From contig CAWHWQ010000005.1 of the NCBI GenBank assembly GCA_963833095.1, forward strand, positions 352,001-416,000: DNA of 64,000 nucleotides. Reading direction: 5' to 3'. A program made the translations under genes and the position numbers. The DNA comes from Vulcanimicrobiota bacterium. GTDB lineage: Bacteria; Vulcanimicrobiota; Vulcanimicrobiia; Vulcanimicrobiales; Vulcanimicrobiaceae. Numbering within the stretch: position 1 is the first letter of the stretch; each line of letters opens with the position of its first letter. Under the pieces are notes generated by a model. The model was not told the DNA's origin, did no database searches, and saw only the letters and a program-made list of their open reading frames with translations. This document shows, piece after piece, positions 52,440-60,858 of this stretch.

Positions 52440-53219
52440 CTACGTGCGCAGTTTATACCCGATAGCCATCAACCGTAACGCAGTCGAAAGCGCGATCGCA
52501 GCGAGCACGGCGATCGCACCGAGCGAGATCGGTAGAATCAGATATCCGCTTCCCGTATAGCTATAGCGGAACGCGTCAATCGTATAGAAAATCGGATTAA
52601 ATAGTTCGAGTCGTCGCAGCACCGGCGGTAGCATTTGGGCCGACGTGAACACGCCCCCGACAAAGGTGAGCGGTGTGATAATGAACGTATTGAGCACCGC
52701 CAGGTGATCGAACTTTTCGGCCATCAGTCCAAAGATCAGACCCAGTGACGAGAACAGGATAGAAACGATCGTCAGCACGACGAAGTAAAGGAACCAATCG
52801 CGCGGCCATGTGTGCACCAACACGGCGCCGAGTATCGTGATGAGCACCGCGATGAAATAGGCACGGACGAGCGAGCCGAGCACGTAGCCGAAGACGATCT
52901 CGACTGCCGACATCGGCGCGATGAGCATCTCCTGGATCGAGTTCATGAAGCGGCCCTGAAAGACCGAACTCGACGATTCACCGTACGACGAATCGATGGT
53001 CTGCAGCATGATCAGTCCGGGGATGAGAAACTGGGCGTAGCTCACACCTTGCACGCTCTTGATACTGCTGCCTAGCGCCAGCCCAAAGACAAAGACATAG
53101 AGCAGCGTCGAGATGATCGGCGGCCAAATCACTTGGTTGATGATTTTGAGGCTGCGAATCATTTCGCGCTTGATCAGCGTCCACAGCGCGACGCCGTTAA
53201 AGGAAGCAACGGCGATCAT
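52440..53219 (-). CDS. ABC-2 type permease (YadH-like)
   Basis: 'PPIIST.LY..VFG', 'Y.QFLIPGLIM', 'PLTFVGGVF', 'NPIFY.IDAFRY'. Confidence 0.9.
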   Translation of the reverse strand: MIAVASFNGVALWTLIKREMIRSLKIINQVIWPPIISTLLYVFVFGLALGSSIKSVQGVSYAQFLIPGLIMLQTIDSSYGESSSSVFQGRFMNSIQEMLIAPMSAVEIVFGYVLGSLVRAYFIAVLITILGAVLVHTWPRDWFLYFVVLTIVSILFSSLGLIFGLMAEKFDHLAVLNTFIITPLTFVGGVFTSAQMLPPVLRRLELFNPIFYTIDAFRYSYTGSGYLILPISLGAIAVLAAIALSTALRLMAIGYKLRT

Positions 53220-53943
53220 GCGCGCGTAAGTTCCAAGAATACGTCCTGCAGACTCGCCCCATCGGCGATTAGCTCTTGGGTCGGCTTCTGCGCGACGATG
53301 CGGCCTTGGCGAATGATCGCAATGTCCTTACACAACTCCTCGGCCTCTTCCAAATAATGCGTGGTAAGAAAGATCGTCAGGCCGTCACCATTGAGTTCGC
53401 GCAGCAGGTCCCATAGTTCCAGGCGCAATTCAACATCGACTCCGGCGGTCGGCTCATCGAGAATCAGGAGTCGCGGCTCATGGATCAACGCGCGAGCGAG
53501 CGTGAGACGGCGCTTCATGCCGCCCGAGAGTTTGGTGTACTCCTGATTCGCCTTGGAAGAAAGGCCAAAGCGTTCGAGCAGCATGTCGGATCGCGCCCGC
53601 ACGGCCGGACCGCGTAACCCAAAATACCCGGCTTGAAAAATCAAGACGTCACGAATCGAAAGGTAGCGATCGAAGTTATACTCTTGCGGCGCAAGGCCGA
53701 TCGCGCGACGCGCTTCGCGCCATTGCTCACGATTGTCGTAGCCAAAAACGTGAATCGATCCGCCGTCGGGGCGCGCGAGCCCGACGATCGCATTGATCGT
53801 CGTCGTCTTGCCGGCGCCGTTGGGGCCCAGAAAACCGAAAAACTCACCCGATTCAACGCGCAACGACACATCGTTGACGGCGGTGAAATCATCGTAACGT
53901 TTGACGAGATGGTCGATGACGATGGCAGGTTCTACGGTACAAA
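53216..53943 (-). CDS. ABC transporter ATP-binding protein (YadG-like); start codon uncertain
   Basis: Walker A GPNGAGKTT, signature LSGGM, Walker B LILDEPT, 'TTHY'. The nearest canonical upstream start is TTG 54013. Confidence 0.88.
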
Positions 53944-54660
53944 TCCTTTGAGGCGCCGATAGCGATGGCGACGCAGCGTGGCGATCAACTCGCCACTTCC
54001 AGGAATCCCGCAATCGGCGAGCTGGGTTGCAACTTTCTTGACGTCAAACTCGACGCGGCGGTGCTTGACCTCCCAGCCACCCACGCGCTCGGTGAAAATC
54101 GCATAGCAAGCGCGCGCATCGCCGTCCTTGGGCAATCCCGCCGAGGCGCAGTTCACCAACATCTTTCCACGCCAGACCCGAACGTAGGGAAGATGCAAAT
54201 GGCCAAAGGCGATCGTCGTCGCGCGCTCGTCGCCGATCATCCGCTCCAGCGTCGCATCATCGGCGTCCGGCCACAGGTGCTCGTCATCGTTGGCCGGATT
54301 GGCGTGCACGATGAGCAATTGATTTTCGTCTTCACCGATGCGGATCGCAAAGGGGAGATCGTTGAGCCACAAAAGCCACTTCTCACCCAGATCTCGACGC
54401 GTCCATTCCAGCTGCGCGTGTTCGGGGGTCTCGAAACGCTCCGCGCCCGGCGCGGAGAGATAGCGGTCGGTATTGCCGCGAATCGATTGCGCGCCGACCT
54501 CTTCGAGGCGCTGCAGCACTTTCTTCGGCTTGGGACCGTCGATGCATAGATCGCCTGCGGCGATAATCGCGTCGGCTCCGCCCTGCGCATGCAGATCGGC
54601 CAAACAGGCATCGAGCCCGACCAGATTTCCATGAATGTCGGAGAGAACCGCAACGCGCAT
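53932..54660 (-). CDS. Calcineurin-like metallophosphoesterase (YfcE family)
   Basis: 'SDIHGN', 'GDL', 'RGNTD', 'VHA', 'FGHLH'. Confidence 0.9.
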   Translation of the reverse strand: MRVAVLSDIHGNLVGLDACLADLHAQGGADAIIAAGDLCIDGPKPKKVLQRLEEVGAQSIRGNTDRYLSAPGAERFETPEHAQLEWTRRDLGEKWLLWLNDLPFAIRIGEDENQLLIVHANPANDDEHLWPDADDATLERMIGDERATTIAFGHLHLPYVRVWRGKMLVNCASAGLPKDGDARACYAIFTERVGGWEVKHRRVEFDVKKVATQLADCGIPGSGELIATLRRHRYRRLKGFVP

Positions 54661-54661
54661 T

Positions 54662-54831
54662 AGTGGCCCACGATATCCCAGCGAACGGGGAACCCAAAGG
54701 GCAGCCGCATGCGGAGCGCATCTACATCGTGGCTCTTCGCTCGCAAAGCGCTGCTTTTGTCGCTCATCGCTCCTTGTATCTGCGCCGCGCATGCGGCTGC
54801 GGCGCCGTTCGTTGGGACATTACAGGCCACT
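54662..54831. other. ~170-nt rod-like imperfect inverted repeat filling an intergenic region (candidate structured RNA)
   Basis: Nested pairs AGTGGCC/GGCCACT, TCCCAGCGAACGG/CCGTTCGTTGGGA, GCAGCCGCATGCG/CGCATGCGGCTGC, GCGCA/TGCGC, TACA/TGTA. Confidence 0.7.
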
Positions 54832-54834
54832 CGT

Positions 54835-55662
54835 TCAGTCGCGCTTGAGCGCGAGGGTCAACAGCGACGGAGTGATGCCCACCTTTTCGAAATCGTAGAG
54901 ATCGATGCCCTCAACGACAACACCGGCCTTTCGCATCCGCGCGAGCGCCGTGCGATAACGAGCGTCGGCAATCACGTGATGCTCGCCTAAGCAAACCACA
55001 CCCGCGGCGTGTTCCTCGCCGAGCTCGAGTTGGATCGTTTTGAATCCGGCGAATGCCTCTGCATCGACCTTGTCGGGCGCAATCACCACGGTGTCGCGAG
55101 CGACGGCCGACGCGACCGAACGTAGCGAGACGACATCCGATGCGAGCGCAACTTCGATCACGTCGAATCCATGCGCGCGCGCGACAGCGGTAAACCCGGC
55201 TCGCCCGATCGCGTTACCGCGTGTACTGCGGCCAAGGAATGCGGTACGGCCGACAAGCAACACGTCCCCGCCGTCGAGCAACCCCGGCGCCGCAATCGTT
55301 CCGGCAATTGGGACATCAAGTCGCGAGCATTCGCTTTCAAAGCGATCGGCTTCGGCCCGTCGCGACATCGCACTCGGGCGCATCACCATCGCACCGTCTT
55401 CAAAGACCACCGCCGCGTCACCGATCGCTGTTTCGTACGGATCCTCGCCGCGCGGCTCGAGCACGATCGTGTCGACGCCAAAATATGCCAGCGTCTTGCG
55501 CAAGATCTCATGCTGTTCGAGCGCGCGCGCGTACACAGCGCCCGGTTCGCCCGGCAACGGCGTTGCTTGTTCCAACGTTGCGGTCGGTTTCATCAGCATC
55601 ACGGCGCGCAATTTACCGGTGGGTGTACCCACCAGCCGAGGACCAAAGTTGATGGTCGTCAT
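54835..55662 (-). CDS. Dimethylarginine dimethylaminohydrolase / amidinotransferase-fold protein, catalytic His and Cys apparently absent
   Basis: 'ALEQH', 'RP...SRRAE', 'LDGGDVL', 'GRSTRGN', 'DFEK'. Confidence 0.8.
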   Translation of the reverse strand: MTTINFGPRLVGTPTGKLRAVMLMKPTATLEQATPLPGEPGAVYARALEQHEILRKTLAYFGVDTIVLEPRGEDPYETAIGDAAVVFEDGAMVMRPSAMSRRAEADRFESECSRLDVPIAGTIAAPGLLDGGDVLLVGRTAFLGRSTRGNAIGRAGFTAVARAHGFDVIEVALASDVVSLRSVASAVARDTVVIAPDKVDAEAFAGFKTIQLELGEEHAAGVVCLGEHHVIADARYRTALARMRKAGVVVEGIDLYDFEKVGITPSLLTLALKRD

Positions 55663-55674
55663 CGTTTCCTTAAT

Positions 55675-58065
55675 TTAGGGGAGGGCCTGGTACGTGGTCG
55701 GATACGGGACTTGTCCAAAGAAATCCGCCATATCCGTCGAGAGCAGGTCCGCCAATGAGAGTCCGGGGAGACCTAAGAGCTCCTCTTCGGTCTTGACCAC
55801 GCTTGCGACCGAAAGGTGCGCATGACCCACATAACCGGGGCGCGCGAGCGGCGAAACGACCAGCGCATAGCTCCGGGCGCGGTTAACGTGATCGCGCGGA
55901 CCGGCTACACCCTCTCCCACCACAAAGATCGCGGTCGACGACCAGTGCGGGGTACGGCTCAGAAACGCCACCGCCTGGCCCAGCGCACGGTCAGCCGCAG
56001 CCATGCCGCCCGCATCGCTCGCCGGCAACCACAAATACGTGAACGCCGGTTCCTGGTCACTTTGAACCAGGCGCCCCATGTCGTCGACGAACTGGGCGAC
56101 CCGCGCGTCGTCCCCGATCGCCGGATTCCATCCCGGGTAATCGAGGTCGACATTCCCGTCCAGCGCGGCAAGCGCCGGCACGTCGAGGGTATAGCTGCCC
56201 CCAAGGCCCGGCACGGCCGGCCGTGGGTTGCGCCCACGGGTGTTCACCGGCGAGGCCCGGTAGCCCGAGAGCGCGAGTAGCCCGCCGTAGTCCCGGTACG
56301 AAAGACGAGCTCGAGAGAGCGCGTTGAAAAGATAGCCAACGCGCGGATAATCTTCGGGATCGTCGCCGCGATCGTCGAGCGGAAGCCGCGCGGTGTTTAC
56401 CTGCACCGCGCGCTGCGCGTACAGGGTCGCTGCTCCGCCGAGCTCCGCTAACGCGTTGATATCGAGATTCGAATCGGCGACGTAAAAATTGTCAGCGATG
56501 CCGTATGCGTTCGCGAGCGCGTGCAGATTCGGTGTCACACTCGCGCCGTCGGTAACGTACGATGGATCGCCGTTCCCGCGGCCAAGGTCGCCGAAGATCG
56601 CGTCGTAGCTTTCATCGCCAACGGCAATGAAGACGACGTGATCGATCACGTTGCTGCGCTTTCCCGAGTGCAGGGTCGGCACCACGTTGTTTCGTTTCGG
56701 GGAAATCTGCGTGCGATTGTAGCGCAACGCGGAGTACGTCGCCGCAGCGAGCGGCAAATGCGCCAAATCGACCCGTTGCAACTCACCCCAGCCGTCGACG
56801 CCCTTGGCCGCGGTAATGTAGAGGTAACGTCCATCCGGCGACAGAGCGAGCGCCGACGGATACCAGGCCGTGGGGATCAATCCGAGACGGTGCAGGCGGG
56901 CGGGATCGTGTGCATCGATCACGGCGACAGCGTTGAGCCCGGCAAGCGCGACATAGAGCCGCTTGTCGTCGCGGGAGAGCGCTTCAGCGCTGGGCTGCGT
57001 TCCGTACGGCGACGTGAAGGTCTTGGTGACGAAGAAACGCAGGTCCAAGCCGGGAACGACATGCGGATCACCGTCGAGCTGCACCGTTGCTACCCGATCG
57101 ACGTTCGCAAGCGTCACGTACGCATAGCCTCCGGCGTGACGCGCAACCACGGCATCGGGGCGCGCACCGCCAACGTTGTCCACGCCGTCAGGAACGGGAT
57201 CCATCGGCACACTGGCCGCGGCGGACTGCGCGGAAAACGCGCCGGTCCCATCAAGCGCAAAGATCGAGAGCGATGACGATTGCAGTGGATCGGCGCTCGC
57301 AGGGGCAAACTTTGGCGCCGGCACCGGTTGGGCGAGCGGCGCGTACGCCGAAAGGCCGCCATTCGCGAGGATGATGCGGTCGCCGGCTGTCGCGATGCCG
57401 GCCGGAAAATATCCGGTGGGCGCGTTGCCAAGCACGCGCCGCGTCGCAAGGTCGATTGCGCTTACCCGTCCGGAAAGATTGCTGGCCACGTAAGCCACGC
57501 GCCCACCGGATCCAAGTGCGATAGCATCGGGAAATCCGGGGACAGAGATGCTTTGCTCAGGTGTCAGCGTTCCATCGGCGCCAAGATCGAAGCAACGCAC
57601 CAGGCCGTGCGCTCCGTCCGAAGCGAGTACGAGCGTGCGCGACGGATTTGCCGGATCGATGGTCGCGGCAAGACCCGTGAAGAGGCTCAGCGCAGCATCC
57701 CGATAGACGCTGACGACGCTCATCGCATGGGTATCGACCACCGCCAGACTGTATCCGGCGACCACATTGGGTGCCGAAAGCGGCGGTGCGCCCAGCCCCG
57801 GATTCTGCTCGGCGTTCCCAACGACCGCGAAGCGGCCGTCGGGCGAGATGGCGAGTCCGAGCGGATCGGTGCCGACAAAGGCGGACATGCCCACCGGAGC
57901 AGCGATGCGGCCGTCGGGGAGCACGGCGTCGGTCGGCCGCAGCGCTGAAGCGCCGGCGGGCCGTGTGCCGGAGGGGGCGACATAGACGGGGTAGGGCATC
58001 GGACGCGGGGCTGCGCCCAGCAAAACGGCGGCCAAAGCCGCCGCGAGGGGTCCTCGGAAGTTCAC
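55675..58065 (-). CDS. Exported YncE beta-propeller + phosphoesterase/alkaline-phosphatase-like protein
   Basis: Signal peptide; propeller repeats ('P.GLAISPDGR', 'IPTAWYPSALALSPDG'); C-terminal 'IDHVVFI...YD.IFGD', 'TPNLH.LA...DNFY', 'W.STAIFV', 'HV'. Confidence 0.8.
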   Translation of the reverse strand: MNFRGPLAAALAAVLLGAAPRPMPYPVYVAPSGTRPAGASALRPTDAVLPDGRIAAPVGMSAFVGTDPLGLAISPDGRFAVVGNAEQNPGLGAPPLSAPNVVAGYSLAVVDTHAMSVVSVYRDAALSLFTGLAATIDPANPSRTLVLASDGAHGLVRCFDLGADGTLTPEQSISVPGFPDAIALGSGGRVAYVASNLSGRVSAIDLATRRVLGNAPTGYFPAGIATAGDRIILANGGLSAYAPLAQPVPAPKFAPASADPLQSSSLSIFALDGTGAFSAQSAAASVPMDPVPDGVDNVGGARPDAVVARHAGGYAYVTLANVDRVATVQLDGDPHVVPGLDLRFFVTKTFTSPYGTQPSAEALSRDDKRLYVALAGLNAVAVIDAHDPARLHRLGLIPTAWYPSALALSPDGRYLYITAAKGVDGWGELQRVDLAHLPLAAATYSALRYNRTQISPKRNNVVPTLHSGKRSNVIDHVVFIAVGDESYDAIFGDLGRGNGDPSYVTDGASVTPNLHALANAYGIADNFYVADSNLDINALAELGGAATLYAQRAVQVNTARLPLDDRGDDPEDYPRVGYLFNALSRARLSYRDYGGLLALSGYRASPVNTRGRNPRPAVPGLGGSYTLDVPALAALDGNVDLDYPGWNPAIGDDARVAQFVDDMGRLVQSDQEPAFTYLWLPASDAGGMAAADRALGQAVAFLSRTPHWSSTAIFVVGEGVAGPRDHVNRARSYALVVSPLARPGYVGHAHLSVASVVKTEEELLGLPGLSLADLLSTDMADFFGQVPYPTTYQALP

Positions 58066-58126
58066 CCGCTTAGGCTACGGACGGGAAGCCCGGGGAACCT
58101 GCACTCCCAGCGAAGACTAAAGATGC

Positions 58127-59158
58127 GTGCGTTTTGTATTCGCTGCTTGGCTTGCTACTCGCGCTTTGATCGTTGCGATGTTTCTTGCTGCGAGCACGCA
58201 TCCGCTCGCGAGCGCCGGCAATTGGGACGGCGCGTGGTATGGATCGATCGCGCAGCACGGATATGGGTACGCGCAGATCGGCGCGCAGCGCGACATTGCA
58301 TTCTTCCCGCTTTTTCCCATGCTCGCGTCGCTGCTATTGCGCATCGGCATCGGATGGCCCCTCGCGGGCCTGCTCGTCAACAACGCGGCATTCCTCGGGG
58401 CACTCATTCTGCTCCACCGGATCGCGAGTAAACGATGGAACGCCGCGACGGCGCGCTGGTGCGTGGCATTTGCATGCGCTTGCCCACTATCTCTGTTCGC
58501 AAGCGTGGCCTATCGCGAGGGTGTCTATCTGTTTTTCAGCGCGCTCGCGCTATGGTTCGCGTTGCGATCGCAACGGCTCGCAAGCGGCCTGGCAGCTGCG
58601 GCCGCGAGCGCGACTAGCGCGATCGGCATCGCACTCGGAGGCGCGCTGATCATCGACGCCGTCCTGCATCGTCGCAGCGCGCGCGACATTGCGTCCGCAG
58701 CACTCGCATTCGCCGGTATCGGCGCCTTTGTACTCTTTTGCTATCTTCGTTTCGGAGACGCGCTCGCGTTTGCGAACGCCGAACATGGCTGGCGAACCGG
58801 CGGGGTTGACTTGAGCGCATGGCTTCGCGTGCTCGAAAGCCTGCGCCGTTGGGAGGGTCTGCGCGCGAATCTCATGGTAATCGTGCTCGTGCCGCTGGCG
58901 GCGGTCGCGATCGTCGTGCAGCGCAGGGCGCTGGGAGCGTTGCTCGCGCTCTACGGGATGTTAGCGATCGTCCTAATCATGCTTGGCGGCGAACCGATCT
59001 CGGCAGATCGTTACGCCTTTGCCGTGGTCCCGGTCCTCTTGGCGTATGGCCGCATTTTGCAGCGCATCCCGATCATAGGAGCGGCTGTGTTAGCGGCTTC
59101 GCTCTGCCTGCTCGCCTACGACGCGGTCCAATTCGCCCAATTCCACTGGGTCGCGTAG
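58127..59158 (+). CDS. GT-C membrane mannosyltransferase (PIG-V-like)
   Basis: 'WDG.WY..IA..GY', 'AFFPLFP', 'P.SLF..AY.E', 'RY'. Confidence 0.85.
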   Translation: MRFVFAAWLATRALIVAMFLAASTHPLASAGNWDGAWYGSIAQHGYGYAQIGAQRDIAFFPLFPMLASLLLRIGIGWPLAGLLVNNAAFLGALILLHRIASKRWNAATARWCVAFACACPLSLFASVAYREGVYLFFSALALWFALRSQRLASGLAAAAASATSAIGIALGGALIIDAVLHRRSARDIASAALAFAGIGAFVLFCYLRFGDALAFANAEHGWRTGGVDLSAWLRVLESLRRWEGLRANLMVIVLVPLAAVAIVVQRRALGALLALYGMLAIVLIMLGGEPISADRYAFAVVPVLLAYGRILQRIPIIGAAVLAASLCLLAYDAVQFAQFHWVA

Positions 59159-60598
59159 CCCGGCACCGATGCGGCGCGCGCCTTCGCGCGCTGTCGCGAT
59201 ATCGACGTGTCCAAACGAAAGGCGCAGCGCGGGCGGGCCACTGCGCGTTGGATAAAATGGCTCGGCCGGCATCACCAGTACTCCTTCGCGCGCGCATGCA
59301 TCGAAGGCCGCCTGCGTCGAGATGCGCGACGGAAGCGCGAGCCACACGTTGACACCCGCAGCCGGCGGGCGCACTTGCGCCCACGGGACATACGTCGTGA
59401 GCGCGTCGACGAACGCATCGCGGCGTTCTCGGTAGAGCGCGCGCGAGCTGCGCAGGTGACGTGAATATGCAGGGGAGTTCATGAAGCGCCACAACGCACG
59501 CTGCGTCAAGGTCGACGTAAACACATCGGCGCGCACCTTAGCGATTTCAAGCGCTTCGGCGATCGTGCCACGTGCATAGAGATACCCGATTCGGAGCGCC
59601 GGAAAGATGGATTTGGAGAGACTTTCCATCACGATCACGCGACCGTCGGTGTCGAAAGCAGCGAGCGGCTGCGGTGCGGCCGCGTCGTAGGTAACTTGCC
59701 ATCCCGTCTGATCTTCTAACACCATCACGTCATAGCGGCGCGCGAGCGCAACGATTTGCTTTGCGCGACGCGCCGGCAAAACGGCGCCGGTCGGATTCTG
59801 CGCGATTGGATTGACGTAAAATAAGCGCGGACGATATTCGGCGAAGACACGCTCGACATCGTCGACACGCACGCCGTCGTCATCGCTGCGTACCTCGACA
59901 TAGGCAACTCCGCGCGCGTCGAAGACGCCTAGTGTCCCCGAATACGTGGGGCTTTCGCTCGCCACCACACTGCGATCGTCGAGCAGAACCGTCGCGACCA
60001 AGTCGGCCGCTTGTTGCGCGCCACTGCAGACGATCATGTCGCTTGCACTCGCGCGTACGCCCCGTCCGCGTAAGAGCTCGGCGAGCGTTTCACACAGGTC
60101 GGGATCGCCGGTTGAAGAGCGGTATTGCATCGCCTCGGGCGGATCGTCGAGCAACGTGCGATGCACCGCGCGGCCGAAGTCTTGCAGCGGAAAAGTCTCA
60201 GGCGCCGGATGGCCGGTAGCAAGCGAGATCGCCCCCGGATGCGTCGCACGCGTGAGCTGCTCCATCACGCCGTCAAGACGCTGCGCGCGCGCGAAGCGCG
60301 AGACGTCGGGTTCCCAGCGACGCGCGAACGGCGATTCGCTCGCCGGCGGCGGCGCGACGAAGGTTCCTTTGCCCACGCGCGAGATGACGCGCCCGCGTGC
60401 GGCGAGCAGTTCGTAGGCTTGCGACACCGTCACGAGCGCGCAGCCCAGCTCGTGGGCCAGATCGCGCATGGCCGGCAAGCGAGCTCCAGACGCAAGTGCG
60501 CCGGACTCGATCGCCTGCGCGAACTGATCGGCTAGTTGTACGTAGAGGGGACGGCCGTCTCGCGCGTCGAGGGTTAGGGAAGCTCGGGAGAAGTCCAT
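59090..60598 (-). CDS. MocR/GabR family regulator (GntR wHTH + PLP aminotransferase domain)
   Basis: 'PLYVQLAD...G.RLP..R.LA..LG....TV.QAY..L...G...GKGTFV'; 'QNPTG'; 'SLSKSIFPALRIG'. The 3' end overlaps the convergent gene by 69 nt. Confidence 0.92.
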   Translation of the reverse strand: MDFSRASLTLDARDGRPLYVQLADQFAQAIESGALASGARLPAMRDLAHELGCALVTVSQAYELLAARGRVISRVGKGTFVAPPPASESPFARRWEPDVSRFARAQRLDGVMEQLTRATHPGAISLATGHPAPETFPLQDFGRAVHRTLLDDPPEAMQYRSSTGDPDLCETLAELLRGRGVRASASDMIVCSGAQQAADLVATVLLDDRSVVASESPTYSGTLGVFDARGVAYVEVRSDDDGVRVDDVERVFAEYRPRLFYVNPIAQNPTGAVLPARRAKQIVALARRYDVMVLEDQTGWQVTYDAAAPQPLAAFDTDGRVIVMESLSKSIFPALRIGYLYARGTIAEALEIAKVRADVFTSTLTQRALWRFMNSPAYSRHLRSSRALYRERRDAFVDALTTYVPWAQVRPPAAGVNVWLALPSRISTQAAFDACAREGVLVMPAEPFYPTRSGPPALRLSFGHVDIATAREGARRIGAGLRDPVELGELDRVVGEQAERSR

Positions 60599-60855
60599 GC
60601 GCCGATCGTTATGGCCCCGATGGTTGCAGATGCGAGGAGTCGGTGAGGAAGCATAGCCGCGGTGTTCTGTGACCGAACCGACGACGACGCAGATGCACCA
60701 TCGCGGCCATAACCCGAAGGGCGAGGACATTCCCTGTGCAACTCATCGTTGCATCCTCGGTCACAGAGCGCTGTGCTATGCTCCCTCGGCTGCGCCTTGA
60801 TTCGCACCGGAAATGCTCCTCGCGATCGGCACAGCGACTTCTTCCGAGCTTCCCT
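60576..60855. ncRNA. Candidate ~280-nt structured RNA/element with closing stem and two hairpins with mutually complementary loops; family not recognised
   Basis: Outer IR 60576-60608/60823-60855 (29/33 match); helix A 60608-60644/60677-60713; helix C 60721-60756/60788-60823; loop 60645-60676 is complementary to loop 60757-60787. Confidence 0.6.
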
Positions 60856-60858
60856 CGG

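Noticed and set aside
58080..58126. GGAACC-N15-GAYT as a shared ECF promoter (similar GGAACC near 18750, 24190, 54689)
   Set aside because: Too few and too inconsistent instances to separate from chance.
60599..60730. 44-aa N-terminal extension of MocR from ATG 60730
   Set aside because: The extension does not look protein-like and runs through the structured element; the wHTH begins right after ATG 60598.
60576..60855. Identification as RNase P RNA, tmRNA, SRP RNA, 6S RNA or a T-box
   Set aside because: I see no GAGGAAAGUCC/P4 signature, no tRNA-like ends or tag frame, no SRP domain-IV motif, no T-box sequence, and the topology is not a single rod with a central bubble. An Rfam scan is still needed.
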